Below are positions 19,337-29,726 of a DNA stretch of 64,000 nt, piece after piece (the stretch's first letter is position 1; every line of letters begins with the position of its first letter). This DNA comes from Desulfotalea sp. (GTDB taxonomy: Bacteria; Desulfobacterota; Desulfobulbia; Desulfobulbales; Desulfocapsaceae), in assembly GCA_002733995.1 (NCBI GenBank), contig NVXR01000010.1:35663-99662 (forward strand). Reading direction: 5' to 3'. A program made the translations under genes and the position numbers. The notes beneath the pieces are model-generated. The model was not told the DNA's origin. It saw only the letters and a program-made list of their open reading frames with translations, and did not search any database.

Positions 19337-21037
19337 TTACATCGCCTTTACTTTAACCACTTCCTTACCTTCTGGGTCGATCATATGGACGGCACAGGCA
19401 ATACAAGGATCAAATGAATGAATAGTACGCAGTACCTCAAGAGGTCGTTCTACATCGGCAACAGGATTGCCGAGAAGAGAGGCTTCGTAGGGTCCGAGCT
19501 GTCCTTCTGCATCACGTGGACCAGCATTCCATGTTGAAGGAACAACACACTGGTAATTCTTGATCTTGCCATCCTGAATAACAATCCAATGGGACAGGAT
19601 ACCACGGGGGGCTTCATGGACTCCAACGCCGCGCTGCTCGCCTTTGGGGAAGACTGGTGGGTTGAAGATCTCGTAATCGCCGGTGGCAATGTTGTTTACC
19701 AGTAGGTCCCAATGTTTGAGGGCCAGATCCGCCATCATTCCAGCGCGAATAGCACGGGCAGCATGACGACCGATGGTTCCATGAAGGATTTCAGGTCCGA
19801 GTTTAACGCCTGCAACAGCGCTAATGCGTCCAAGGAACTCGTCAACATTCTTCACAGTCATTTCATGGCCCTGGGCATAGCCTACAATCATCTGTGCCAG
19901 TGGGCCAACCTGCATGGGCTTGCCCTGGAATCGAGGAGCTTTCAACCAGGTGTAGCGACCCTCATCTTCAAATTTTGTGTATTGAGGTTCCGTAGTAGAT
20001 TCCCAAGGATGTTTGGACCAGTCACCTTTGTACCAAGCACGAGCAATGGATTCTTCGACATTATCCTTAAAGTATGGATCTGCATGTATGTCGATTCTTT
20101 TGATGGTGCTGAGGTCGGCATTAAAAACGGTTCCGCCGGGAAGGTCCGCCTTGGTAGCTTCAACATCGAGGAACATATCAGGAGCAGCAAGATAGTTGGT
20201 AACACCTGCGCCATAAGGGATCCAGTCTGCGTAAAGGGCTCCAATGGCAACAACATCAGTCATGTAAACCATCTTGACGAAGTCGCGAACTTCTTCAATG
20301 AGTTGCTTAACCCAGTAGAGACGTTCCATGGTTACAGCAGTCTCATTATTAGGATCGAGGTTAGTCGTTACACCACCAACGGAGAGGTTTTGTACATGGG
20401 GGTTTTTGCCGCCTAAAATGGCAAGGGCTTGGGTGGCTTTACGCTGGTAATCAAGGGCTTCAAGGTAATGGGATACCGCCATTAGATTTGCCTCAGGTGG
20501 CAATTTCATGGCTGAGTGGCCCCAGTATGCGTTGGTGAAAGGACCCAACTGGCCGCTTGCAACGAGATTTTTCAGCTTATCTTTAACCGCAGCAAAACGT
20601 TTAGGGCTGTTACCCTGCCAGTCAGAGAGGCTGTCTGCAAGTTTTGCGGTTGAAACAGGGTCGGCATCGAGGGCTGAAACAACATCAACCCAATCGAGTG
20701 CTGAAAGTGTATAAAAGTGAACAATATGATCCTGTAGGCAGTGAATGGACTGAACCATGTTGCGTATGAGCTGGGCATTCAGAGGAATCTGAAGTCCCAG
20801 GGCGTTTTCTACAGCACGCACAGAGGCGAGGGCATGAACGGTGGTACATACACCGCAGATACGCTGGACAAAAAGCCATGCATCTCGTGGGTCGCGACCT
20901 TTTAAGATGTTTTCCAGCCCGCGATACATCTGTCCTGAAGACCATGCCTTAGTTATCTTGCCATCATCTACTTCAACATCTACTCTGAGGTGACCCTCGA
21001 TCCTAGTGATCGGATCAATGGTAATTCTTTGAGCCAT
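19337..21037 (-). CDS. Group 1 [NiFe]-hydrogenase large subunit (HybC-like)
   Basis: IDPITRIEGH, L1 motif QRICGVCTTVH, L2 motif SFDPCIACAVH with a cleavable C-terminal extension; start at ATG 21037 after a GGAGG RBS. Confidence 0.97.
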   Translation of the reverse strand: MAQRITIDPITRIEGHLRVDVEVDDGKITKAWSSGQMYRGLENILKGRDPRDAWLFVQRICGVCTTVHALASVRAVENALGLQIPLNAQLIRNMVQSIHCLQDHIVHFYTLSALDWVDVVSALDADPVSTAKLADSLSDWQGNSPKRFAAVKDKLKNLVASGQLGPFTNAYWGHSAMKLPPEANLMAVSHYLEALDYQRKATQALAILGGKNPHVQNLSVGGVTTNLDPNNETAVTMERLYWVKQLIEEVRDFVKMVYMTDVVAIGALYADWIPYGAGVTNYLAAPDMFLDVEATKADLPGGTVFNADLSTIKRIDIHADPYFKDNVEESIARAWYKGDWSKHPWESTTEPQYTKFEDEGRYTWLKAPRFQGKPMQVGPLAQMIVGYAQGHEMTVKNVDEFLGRISAVAGVKLGPEILHGTIGRHAARAIRAGMMADLALKHWDLLVNNIATGDYEIFNPPVFPKGEQRGVGVHEAPRGILSHWIVIQDGKIKNYQCVVPSTWNAGPRDAEGQLGPYEASLLGNPVADVERPLEVLRTIHSFDPCIACAVHMIDPEGKEVVKVKAM

Positions 21038-21141
21038 TTGTGGAACCTCCATATAAAATTAGACTACCGGGTCGAGAAAATTGTGTATCTCAAAGCCCAG
21101 TAAAAATTTGCAAATGATAATAGTAAAAGACCAACAGCGGA

Positions 21142-22221
21142 TTAGGCCTCAGGGGTCTGTTTCTTACCTTTGATTAAGCTTCTCCCAATACCTACAGCAC
21201 CATGGATTCCAACACCGACTGCGGTAGCGGCCAGTATGGTTTTTCCAATTTTATCGGCACTTGCAACAATGCCTGTGGCAGGGATTTTTATCATTGGTAG
21301 TCTCTCATAAAATGGAGTCATCGTGTCCCAAAAATTTGGTTCCGTACAACCAATGCAGCCGTGTCCGACACTTACTGGCCATGCATCTACGTCATTAAAA
21401 CGTACGACGGGGCAGTTAGAGAATGTTTCTGGGCCTTTACAACCAACCTTATAGAGGCAGTAACCAAGCTTATGGAATTTATCGCCGAACTGTTCGACAA
21501 AACGACCTTCATCAAAGTGTGCTCGTCTCTCGCAGTGGTCATGGATTCTACGACCGTAAGCAAAGAGTGGGCGATTGAGTTTATCAAGAGCCGGAAATCT
21601 TTTGAAGGTTAAATAGTGAAGGATAGTTCCTAGGAAAGAAATGGGGTTTGGTGGGCAGCCTGGAATGTTTATGATCGGGGTGTCGCTTACGAGATCCTGA
21701 ACACCAACAGCGCCGGTTGGGTTAGGAGCTGCTGACTGGATCCCACCGAATGCTGCGCAGGTGCCGATTGCAATAATAGCCGTTGCCTTAGGGGCAACCT
21801 CTGCAAGGATGTCCATGGCTGTTTTACCAGCGATCTTACAGTAAATACCATTGTCTTTTGTTGGAATTGCGCCTTCTATGACAAGGATGAATGGGTGGTT
21901 GTCTACTGTATCGTGCAGGTTCTGCTCGGCCTGGTGGCCAGCAGCTGCCATAATAGTTTCATGATAATCAAGTGAGATTATGTCAAGTATCAGCCTGCCA
22001 ATGTCAGGGTGAGAGGCACGGAGCAAACTTTCTGTACAGCCGGTGCATTCTTGAAAGTGGAGCCAAATAACCCTGGGACGTTCTGCAGTCGCAGCTGCTT
22101 CAACCACTTTGGGGATCATTGCATCGGACAGTCCCAAAGCGGCTGCAGCCAAAGTGCATCCTTTGATGAATCCGCGCCTGTTAAGTTGCGGTTCCAGATT
22201 GTTTTTAACTGTGTCTGCCAT
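21142..22221 (-). CDS. Group 1 [NiFe]-hydrogenase small subunit, Tat-exported, with C-terminal membrane anchor (HybO-like)
   Basis: NRRGFIK twin-arginine motif; QECTGCTES, GCPPNP, HDHCERR, CLYKVGCKGP and GCIGC; hydrophobic C-terminal helix. Confidence 0.97.
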   Translation of the reverse strand: MADTVKNNLEPQLNRRGFIKGCTLAAAALGLSDAMIPKVVEAAATAERPRVIWLHFQECTGCTESLLRASHPDIGRLILDIISLDYHETIMAAAGHQAEQNLHDTVDNHPFILVIEGAIPTKDNGIYCKIAGKTAMDILAEVAPKATAIIAIGTCAAFGGIQSAAPNPTGAVGVQDLVSDTPIINIPGCPPNPISFLGTILHYLTFKRFPALDKLNRPLFAYGRRIHDHCERRAHFDEGRFVEQFGDKFHKLGYCLYKVGCKGPETFSNCPVVRFNDVDAWPVSVGHGCIGCTEPNFWDTMTPFYERLPMIKIPATGIVASADKIGKTILAATAVGVGIHGAVGIGRSLIKGKKQTPEA

Positions 22222-22893
22222 ATCAACCTCCTATTGCTGTGTTACAACAATTGTGCGCCAATGCGCGTTGTGTTCGACGTGCGATGTGTCGAATAAGGAA
22301 AAAACTAAACTGTCTATAAAATCTAAAAGCCCGAAGGCTAGGGTAAATAGAGTTCTATGGTATCTGAAAGAGACCATTTTATGTTGTTTCGTTTCGAGGG
22401 GAGGCGGCTTTGTAAGTATCGCTATTCTACGTGGAAATAGACGTGCAAAGTGTCTTCCTAAGCGGACAGAATATGTGAGTATGGGTTTTGCAGGGAAGGA
22501 TTGGTATGAAGGTTCTACCTTGGAGCGCAGGGCAAAGATAATGCTAATGATGAAGAGTGGGTAGAAGTAACCCCAACGTTTAATGGGGTACTGGGAATGG
22601 AGTTTTTCAGCCATTGTGCGAAAGTTGCGTCAATCAGAAGTGGAGCGCTGCTTTGCTTGTGCAAAATTAATCACTATTATTAAAATTGCCCAAAAAGTAC
22701 CACCATGGACATTCTAAAGCAAGATTAATTTTAAAACGATGTTATCTAGGTAGGCCACGGCCATTGGTCTAGCTTTGCGTTGCACAATTTGCATACTGTG
22801 ACGGCGTTTTGCACTGTGGCTAGGGCGCGTGGGAGCGCGCCATGTGTCAGTTTAGGGTGGTTCTGGTTATCTAACAAACCACCCGGCTAGCCA

Positions 22894-24270
22894 CTAGCGT
22901 TTGAAGCCAAAGATTCCACCTTTGTGGTTTTTCAGGATAACGGGTGTGTGTTGGAATGGTTCCGTAGTTTGTGGTGAACTGGTGCTTGGCTCCGTCGCGG
23001 GGGGGAGAGGGAGTTTGTTTGAAATATGGCTCAGTTCAATGGGGGTATTCGTGGTAGCGGCCAGGTAGCATTGGTAAAAGAGTTCGGTTCTCTTGAAATA
23101 ACTCTTTTTCTTTAGCCATTTTGGCCAATCATCCTGTTGCCTGTGGTGGATGAGCTGGGCAAGGTTGATGAGAAGGCTGACAACTTCTTGGCGCAATGAT
23201 TTTCGCAGGTTGAGCTGGATGCCAATTCCCTGGTCAAGATTCCTGCGGATTTGTTTGCCAAGGTGGAACAGAGCCGCACCTTTTCTAAATATTGTGTAGA
23301 GCTGAAGTGTTTCTTCAACAACAGGTGTGAGTAGAAGCGCAAAGAGAAAAAAATCTTTTTGTCTGTGTATCTGATTTGTCTTGCAGAGAGCATTGAGGTT
23401 ATCAATGGTGCTAAATAGATTTTTTAACAATTCTCTTTGTTTCTGGCCTGCCTCTGTCTCTGGGTTGAGCATGTTTTTGTAGACAGGAAAAAGTGCGTAG
23501 AATAGGCCGGAATCAAGGGCTAGGGTAAACCAAGGGGCTGAGGCCTCACTGTAGAGGTCTTTAATGAGTTCATCCCGTAGCCTGGATGGTGGGCAGAGCG
23601 TCAGTTTGGGCGCGTTTTTACAGATTGCGCTCCAACTCAGATCTTCAATAATGAAATTATTTCTGGCGGCATGGCGAATAGCACGCAACATCCTGACAGG
23701 ATCTCGTGTGAGTCTTTTCTCCGGATCACCAACTATACGAATTATTGAGCTATTCAGATCTTCGCTACCTTTGACGTAATCTATAATAGTCTGGTTCTGA
23801 ATTTCGTAAAAAAGTGAATTTATGGTTAAATCTCTTCTGCGTGCATCTTCATGCAGGGTGCCAAAGGTGTTATTGGGGGCGAGAACTGCCTCTGGACCAT
23901 CGATGTCGTATTCAGAGAAAGATCTGAGGGTACTCACTTCGATAATATTACCCCCCCTGAAGAAGACCTGGACAAGGCGGAATCGTCTGCCGATGGTGTT
24001 GCTACGGGGAAAAAGCTTTCTCAGTTGGCCTGGACGGGCATCTGTACTGATGTCGAAATCTTTAGGTGTCTTGCCGAGATATAAATCTCTTACACCGCCG
24101 CCAACGAGGTAGCCACAGTAGCCTGCTTTTTGTAATGTTTTAAGGACGAATAATGCGTCCTTATCGATCATGTCGTTGGTGATTGGATGCTGCCCTGGTT
24201 GGATAGTTACCCCAACGCAGGCGCCATCAGGGGACGTCTGCGTTGTTTTAGGTTTGATTTTTTGTGTCAT
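22894..24270 (-). CDS. pcnB: Poly(A) polymerase / PcnB-family nucleotidyltransferase
   Basis: YLVGGGVRDL, PKDFDISTDARP, DARRRDLTINSL and DPVRMLRAIR motifs; start uncertain (24270 avoids overlap with the upstream gene). Confidence 0.85.
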   Translation of the reverse strand: MTQKIKPKTTQTSPDGACVGVTIQPGQHPITNDMIDKDALFVLKTLQKAGYCGYLVGGGVRDLYLGKTPKDFDISTDARPGQLRKLFPRSNTIGRRFRLVQVFFRGGNIIEVSTLRSFSEYDIDGPEAVLAPNNTFGTLHEDARRRDLTINSLFYEIQNQTIIDYVKGSEDLNSSIIRIVGDPEKRLTRDPVRMLRAIRHAARNNFIIEDLSWSAICKNAPKLTLCPPSRLRDELIKDLYSEASAPWFTLALDSGLFYALFPVYKNMLNPETEAGQKQRELLKNLFSTIDNLNALCKTNQIHRQKDFFLFALLLTPVVEETLQLYTIFRKGAALFHLGKQIRRNLDQGIGIQLNLRKSLRQEVVSLLINLAQLIHHRQQDDWPKWLKKKSYFKRTELFYQCYLAATTNTPIELSHISNKLPLPPATEPSTSSPQTTEPFQHTPVILKNHKGGIFGFKR

Positions 24271-24280
24271 TTTGTGCAGA

Positions 24281-25267
24281 TTAGACGGCTGGATTAAAGC
24301 CCTTTCCTTCTTCATAGACTGATTCTGCCTGCTCCTTGAAGCGCTTGAATATCTCAGAAACAGAGAGAATGTTGTTCATTTTGAAGGTGTTTTCACCTGA
24401 AAATATTAAGCCATCCTTAACATTCCCCTCTTTTGCTATCATGAGTCGCTCGTTGATACAATAATGATGATTACATTTTTTGAGACAGAGATGTGGACAT
24501 TTTTTGGTGCTGACATCTTCTCCAGCATTCATTCCCTTGACAAACCGGTTGTTGATTGCACGTCCGGGCATACCGACAGGGGAGGAGGTTATTACAATAT
24601 CTTCTTTTTTTGCATCCAGATATGCCTGTTTAAATTTGTCAGACACGTCGCATTCTTTGCTGAGTACAAATCTCGATGCGATCTGCACCCCGTCTGCACC
24701 AAACTTATCCATCATTTCAGCCATTTCAAAACCGTTGGTGATTCCACCTGCCGCGATGAGCGGGATTTTTTTGATAACGGCCCTGACTGCGGGGAAGAGC
24801 TCACGCAGTGGTTTGTCTGTTCCAAGGTGACCACCGGCTTCTTTGGCTTCTACGATGACGGCTGCTGCACCAAGCTTCTCTGCAAGTTTAGCAAGAGCTG
24901 GGGAGCTTACAATCATGACGATAGGTGTGTTGTGTTCTTTGCCTATCTTGAAAATATCGCGGGAAAAACCTGCTCCTGTAACAATCATGTCGACACCGGA
25001 ATCAACCGAAGTCATAACCAACTTATAAAAATCCTTCATGGCATACATGATATTTACTGCAATAATGCCACCGGTTGCTGCTTGAGCTTTTTTGATATCA
25101 GCACGTAGTTCTTCTGGTGGTATACCGGACCCGCCAATGATGCCTATACCGCCGCAGTCAGCAACGGGGATAGCGAGTTTAGACGTAGACACGCGTATAG
25201 ACATGCCGCCCTGAAGAAGGGGGAACGATGCCTTGAGGCCTGCTATGCTAAGCGATGGTAACTTCAT
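24281..25267 (-). CDS. Nitronate monooxygenase / FabK-like FMN-dependent oxidoreductase
   Basis: PLLQGGM, VEAKEAGGHLG, IAAGGI, GVQIASRF and SPVGMPGRAI motifs; start at MKLPSL (25267). Confidence 0.88.
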   Translation of the reverse strand: MKLPSLSIAGLKASFPLLQGGMSIRVSTSKLAIPVADCGGIGIIGGSGIPPEELRADIKKAQAATGGIIAVNIMYAMKDFYKLVMTSVDSGVDMIVTGAGFSRDIFKIGKEHNTPIVMIVSSPALAKLAEKLGAAAVIVEAKEAGGHLGTDKPLRELFPAVRAVIKKIPLIAAGGITNGFEMAEMMDKFGADGVQIASRFVLSKECDVSDKFKQAYLDAKKEDIVITSSPVGMPGRAINNRFVKGMNAGEDVSTKKCPHLCLKKCNHHYCINERLMIAKEGNVKDGLIFSGENTFKMNNILSVSEIFKRFKEQAESVYEEGKGFNPAV

Positions 25268-25447
25268 ATATATGTAACTCCTGTAAAAGTAATAAAGCGA
25301 TAGAATTGAGATAATGCACTTCTTCCAACAATTTGTCAAGAAAAGGATAAATCCCACAAAATTGAGTCATTAAAGGTGCTTTTGTCTAGAAATACTTGAT
25401 TTAACGTCGTAAAATTTAGATCGGTTTCGGCGGCGACTGGCTGCTGC

Positions 25448-25477
25448 TTGACAAAACCATAAAATTGCGGTTAAATT
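25448..25477 (+). promoter_or_regulatory. Putative sigma-70 promoter of hisS-aspS
   Basis: Perfect TTGACA at 25448-25453, then a 17-18 nt spacer to TTAAAT/TAAATT. Confidence 0.45.
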
Positions 25478-25548
25478 CGGGGTTTTTGATTAAATAAATA
25501 ATAGCAGTTTTGTGACTACTATATATAATGGACGTTTAAAACCTGAAA

Positions 25549-26811
25549 TTGGAGAATGGTTTGAAGATCAAGGCCCTGAAAGGCTTTAAAGACATCGTAC
25601 CCGGAGAGGTCGAACTGTGGCAGTACCTTGAGGAAAAGGCTCGCAGGGTGTTTGAGCGATTTAATTTTGCGGAAATTCGCCTACCTCTTCTGGAGGAAAC
25701 GCAGCTCTTTGCCAGATCTATTGGGGAAGCTACAGATATTGTCGAAAAAGAGATGTACACCTTCGTAGACAAGCAGGTTACCCTGCGACCTGAAGCAACG
25801 GCTTCTCTTATCAGGGCGTATATAGAGCACGGTTTGTATGTACAAAAACCTGTGCAGCGTCTCTTTACTATTGGACCGATGTTTCGCCACGAACGCCCTC
25901 AAAAGGGGAGATTACGTCAGTTTCACCAAATGGATGTCGAGGTTCTTGGCTCTCAAAGTCCTAGGGTTGATTCTGAGCTGATTGCAATGGCTTCTCTTTT
26001 GTTCACCGAGTTGGGAATTAATGTCAGCCTTGAGCTTAATTCGCTTGGCTGTCCTGCCTGTCGCCCAAAATATCGGGAAACTCTTGTTGCATATGTCAAT
26101 GAGAGAAAAGACGCCCTGTGCAGTGACTGTCAACGCAGGAGTGAGACGAATCCGTTGCGTGTTCTCGATTGCAAGGTGCAGGCATGCAAGGAGCAAATTG
26201 TTGATGCCCCTTCAATTCTTGAGCATCTTTGCGATGATTGCAGTGAGCATTTTAATACAGTGCAGGACGGTTTGAATCAGCTCGGTGTTAAGTATACACT
26301 TAATAAATTTATGGTCCGTGGGCTAGATTACTACTGTAGAACAACTTTTGAATTTATTACCGCCGATCTTGGTGCCCAGGCTGCAGTGGCGGCTGGTGGC
26401 AGGTACGACGGGCTTATCGAAACCCTTGGGGGACCAAAGGATAGCCATGGCATTGGCTTTGCTATGGGGATGGAGAGGTTGGTTCTTCTTCTTGAGCAAC
26501 AGAAAACTGTTGTCGAACCTTCTGGAGTTGATCTCTTTATTGCGGGGATTGGTGAAGAAGGAGCTCGTCTAGCTTATGGGCTTGCCCATGGTTTGAGGGC
26601 ACAGGGTATTTCTATTGGCATGGACCATGAAGGACGAAGTCTTAAGGCTCAGATGAAGCTGGCAAATAAGGATTTTGCAAAGTTTGCCCTCATTATTGGC
26701 GATTCTGAACTTGAGTCAGGTGTTGGTGTCGTGAAAAATATGCGCGACCGTGATGCGGGACCGCAGGAAGTCAAACTCACCGTCGAGGCAATTGCAGCCA
26801 CAATCGGTTAA
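25549..26811 (+). CDS. hisS: Histidine--tRNA ligase
   Basis: KGFKD, LRPEATAS, FRHERPQKGRLRQFHQ, VRGLDYY and GGRYDGL motifs; TTG start. Confidence 0.98.
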   Translation: MENGLKIKALKGFKDIVPGEVELWQYLEEKARRVFERFNFAEIRLPLLEETQLFARSIGEATDIVEKEMYTFVDKQVTLRPEATASLIRAYIEHGLYVQKPVQRLFTIGPMFRHERPQKGRLRQFHQMDVEVLGSQSPRVDSELIAMASLLFTELGINVSLELNSLGCPACRPKYRETLVAYVNERKDALCSDCQRRSETNPLRVLDCKVQACKEQIVDAPSILEHLCDDCSEHFNTVQDGLNQLGVKYTLNKFMVRGLDYYCRTTFEFITADLGAQAAVAAGGRYDGLIETLGGPKDSHGIGFAMGMERLVLLLEQQKTVVEPSGVDLFIAGIGEEGARLAYGLAHGLRAQGISIGMDHEGRSLKAQMKLANKDFAKFALIIGDSELESGVGVVKNMRDRDAGPQEVKLTVEAIAATIG

Positions 26812-27030
26812 AATAGCATGAGGCTGTCTTGAAGCACAGCCCTTTCGCTTAAGACTTTGTGTTCCGATCGTAAAGATATCTTCGGAAGGTATTTATATAC
26901 CTTGGTCTTAAACGAAATATCTTATAATTCAAGAAACCTATTACTTATTCTCTGCTTGAGGCTACCCTATCCGGTAGCCTGCTCATTGTCGTGGGCGGGT
27001 AGAGAAAAAAATTCAACATACGTAAACATC

Positions 27031-28815
27031 ATGGAATCAATGGGAAATTTACGCCGGACTCATCATTGTAGTGAGCTTGGCAAAGAAAATATCGGGGAGC
27101 AAGTCACCCTGATGGGGTGGGTCCTGCGCAGGCGTGATCACGGTGGTGTTATTTTTATCGATCTCAGAGATCGCGAAGGTATCACACAGATTGTGTTTAA
27201 TCCTGAAATTAACCCGGAAGTCCATGGAAAGGCCCACCAGATTCGAAGTGAGTGGGTTATTGCTATCAGTGGCAGGGTTGAGGCGCGTCCAGGAGATATG
27301 GCGAATCCGAGGCTTGCAACCGGAGCCGTTGAGGTATTAATTGACGATTTACGGATACTCAACTCCAGTGAAACTCCGCCGTTCCCCCTCGATGAGGACA
27401 GCGAGATATCTGATAATCTCAGGTTGCAGTATCGCTATCTTGATCTTCGCAGACCTGAGATGGCTGCCAATCTTGTCATGCGCCACAAGGCGGTGATGAG
27501 TGTTCGCAATTATCTCAATGATGCGGGTTTTCTCGATATTGAGACTCCAATGCTCACCCGTTCGACTCCAGAAGGTGCCCGGGATTATCTGGTGCCCAGT
27601 CGCGTAAACAGCGGTAAGTTTTATGCACTGCCCCAATCTCCACAGTTGTTCAAACAGCTGCTTATGATTGCTGGTATGGACAAGTACTATCAGATTGTGA
27701 AGTGTTTTCGCGATGAAGATTTACGTGCCGACAGACAGCCTGAGTTTACCCAGATAGATATGGAACTCAGTTTTGTGGACGAAGAACAGATCATTGCTCT
27801 AAATGAGGGCATGATAACACGTCTTTTTAAAGACACTCTGGGACTCGACCTTACTCCGCCATTTGCACGCATCACCTTTGATGAGTCGATGACGAGATAT
27901 GGCACCGATCGCCCTGATGTTCGTTTTGGTATGGAGCTTGTGGATCTGACACCTATTGCTGCAAATTGCGGCTTTAAAGTGTTCCGTTCTATTGCCGATC
28001 AGGGTGGCTCTGTACGCGCTATTAACGCGAAGGGTTGCGCTACTTTCACCCGTAAAGAACTCGACGGCTTGACCGATTGGGTCACTCAGTTTGGCGCCAA
28101 GGGGCTCGCCTGGGTGAAGATGAAGGCGGACGGTGAGTGGCAGTCTCCCATTGCTAAATTTTTCACCGATGAAGAGCGTGCTGCAATCGCTAAACAAGTT
28201 GATGCCGAGGAGGGTGATTTACTCTTTTTTGGTGCAGATAACTCAAAGATTGTTTTTCAGGTTCTTTCTGAATTACGTGTCGAGCTTGCCAAGCGTCTTG
28301 ATCTGTTGAAAAAAGATGAATTTAGCTTTACCTGGGTAACCGATTTTCCTCTTATGGAATACGATGAAAAGGAAAAGCGATACCAGGCTATACATCATCC
28401 TTTTACTGCGCCTAAAGAAGAAGATATCGACAAACTCGATACCGACCCTAGCAAGGTATATTCCCGTGCCTACGATTTGGTCCTAAATGGTACTGAGATT
28501 GGTGGAGGCTCCATACGTATTCACCAGAAGGATCTTCAGGCTAAGGTTCTCAAGGCTCTTGGGATAGGTGATGAAGAGGCCAATGAGAAGTTTGGCTTTT
28601 TACTGCGTGCCTTAGAGCTTGGCGCTCCTCCCCATGGTGGCTTGGCCTTTGGTCTAGATCGATTGTTGATGATCATTACCGGCAGTGATTCGATCCGTAA
28701 TGTAATCGCATTTCCAAAGACTGCGAAGGCGACGTGTCCTTTGACTGATGCTCCTGCATCTGTTGCTCGAAAGCAGCTCACTGAACTACATATTCGTCCC
28801 GATTGGAAAGAGTAA
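27031..28815 (+). CDS. aspS: Aspartate--tRNA ligase, probably non-discriminating (Asp/Asn)
   Basis: RTHHC, RRRDHGGVIFID (His typical of ND-AspRS), TPEGARDY, FRDEDLRADRQPEFTQ and PPHGGLAFGLDR; GAD insert; start at 27031 or 27040. Confidence 0.97.
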   Translation: MESMGNLRRTHHCSELGKENIGEQVTLMGWVLRRRDHGGVIFIDLRDREGITQIVFNPEINPEVHGKAHQIRSEWVIAISGRVEARPGDMANPRLATGAVEVLIDDLRILNSSETPPFPLDEDSEISDNLRLQYRYLDLRRPEMAANLVMRHKAVMSVRNYLNDAGFLDIETPMLTRSTPEGARDYLVPSRVNSGKFYALPQSPQLFKQLLMIAGMDKYYQIVKCFRDEDLRADRQPEFTQIDMELSFVDEEQIIALNEGMITRLFKDTLGLDLTPPFARITFDESMTRYGTDRPDVRFGMELVDLTPIAANCGFKVFRSIADQGGSVRAINAKGCATFTRKELDGLTDWVTQFGAKGLAWVKMKADGEWQSPIAKFFTDEERAAIAKQVDAEEGDLLFFGADNSKIVFQVLSELRVELAKRLDLLKKDEFSFTWVTDFPLMEYDEKEKRYQAIHHPFTAPKEEDIDKLDTDPSKVYSRAYDLVLNGTEIGGGSIRIHQKDLQAKVLKALGIGDEEANEKFGFLLRALELGAPPHGGLAFGLDRLLMIITGSDSIRNVIAFPKTAKATCPLTDAPASVARKQLTELHIRPDWKE

Positions 28816-28895
28816 GAGTTAGAAGAAAATGACGTTGTCTCTTTTCCCCGCATATCTTTATGATGTGCGGGGATTTTTTCTTTGCAGGAGGTCGT

Positions 28896-29669
28896 ATGGA
28901 GATTGCAAGTTTATCACTGGACGTGTTGGCCTTTCTCTTTGTGGCGGCCTTTGTCGCAGGCTTTATAGATACCCTGGCCGGTGGTGGGGGGCTGATTGTG
29001 TTACCGGCCCTTATCATGAGTGGTATTCCACCTCTTTTGGCCTTAGGAACCAACAAGCTCCAAGGGACAATGGGGACGGCAACTGCATCTCTTATGATGC
29101 TCAGAAGTAAAAGGGTGGTTTGGCGGGACGTACGAAAACCGATGCTTTTTGCCTTCATTGGATCTGTGCTTGGCACGATCGCGGTGCAGTTTATAGATAC
29201 GAGGGTGCTTGACTTTGTCATTCCGGCGGTGTTGTTGGTTATTACTATATATTTTATTGTCTCTCCCTTTATAAAAAGTGAGCATGTCGGAGCACGGATG
29301 TCAAAGGAGAGATATCACAGGTTTATTGTTCCTGTCATTGGTTGGTACGACGGAATGTTTGGCCCTGGTACCGGTTCTTTTTTTGCTCTGGCGGGTGTTT
29401 CACTGCAGGGAAAGAGTATTATAGATGCAACTGCCGTTGCTAAAGCCTTTAACTTTGCCACCAATATTGCATCTCTGTGTGTGTTTTTATTGGTTGGTAA
29501 GGTGATGTGGAGTGCGGGCCTTATTATGATGGTAGGGCAGGGTGTTGGGGCCTGGGTGGGTTCGAAATGTTTACTGACAATTCAGCCTGGTCTTTTGCGT
29601 ATTATGGTGGTTAGCATGTGTCTTGGGATGTTAGGGAAGTATGCCCATGTTATGGGCTGGTTATGGTAA
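28896..29669 (+). CDS. Sulfite exporter TauE/SafE (TSUP/YfcA-like) family protein
   Basis: AGFIDTLAGGGGLI, ALGTNKLQ and GWYDGMFGPGTGSF motifs; start after a GGAGG RBS at 28896. Confidence 0.93.
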   Translation: MEIASLSLDVLAFLFVAAFVAGFIDTLAGGGGLIVLPALIMSGIPPLLALGTNKLQGTMGTATASLMMLRSKRVVWRDVRKPMLFAFIGSVLGTIAVQFIDTRVLDFVIPAVLLVITIYFIVSPFIKSEHVGARMSKERYHRFIVPVIGWYDGMFGPGTGSFFALAGVSLQGKSIIDATAVAKAFNFATNIASLCVFLLVGKVMWSAGLIMMVGQGVGAWVGSKCLLTIQPGLLRIMVVSMCLGMLGKYAHVMGWLW

Positions 29670-29726
29670 GATTTTTGTCTTTTATATTTTAAATTCGGTT
29701 TTTCCGAGGTAAAGAAAGGGTACGAT

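Noticed and set aside
19712-20416. Long antisense/overlapping ORFs (e.g. 19712-20416, 24464-25108, 59617-60411, 37707-38318, 51503-52069)
   Set aside because: They lie opposite well-supported genes and have no domain motifs; they are shadow ORFs.
21142-22221. O2-tolerant [4Fe-3S] signature or selenocysteine in the hydrogenase
   Set aside because: The small subunit has CTGC, not CTCC, and the large-subunit L2 motif DPCIAC has Cys with no in-frame TGA.
22436-22470. Possible sigma-54 promoter for the hydrogenase operon (minus strand AGGAAGACACTTTGCA)
   Set aside because: GG-N10-GC spacing and TTGCA fit, but the -24 element deviates strongly from TGGCAC and no repeated enhancer is evident.
22231-22614. 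127-aa minus-strand ORF (and 151-aa plus-strand ORF) upstream of the hydrogenase small subunit
   Set aside because: No recognisable motif, no clear RBS and unusual composition; it spans the expected promoter region, so it is probably spurious.
26812-27030. 6S RNA, or the 58-aa N-terminal extension of aspS in the ORF track
   Set aside because: No long 6S-like rod can be seen; the extension lacks AspRS features and the family N-terminus begins at 27031/27040.
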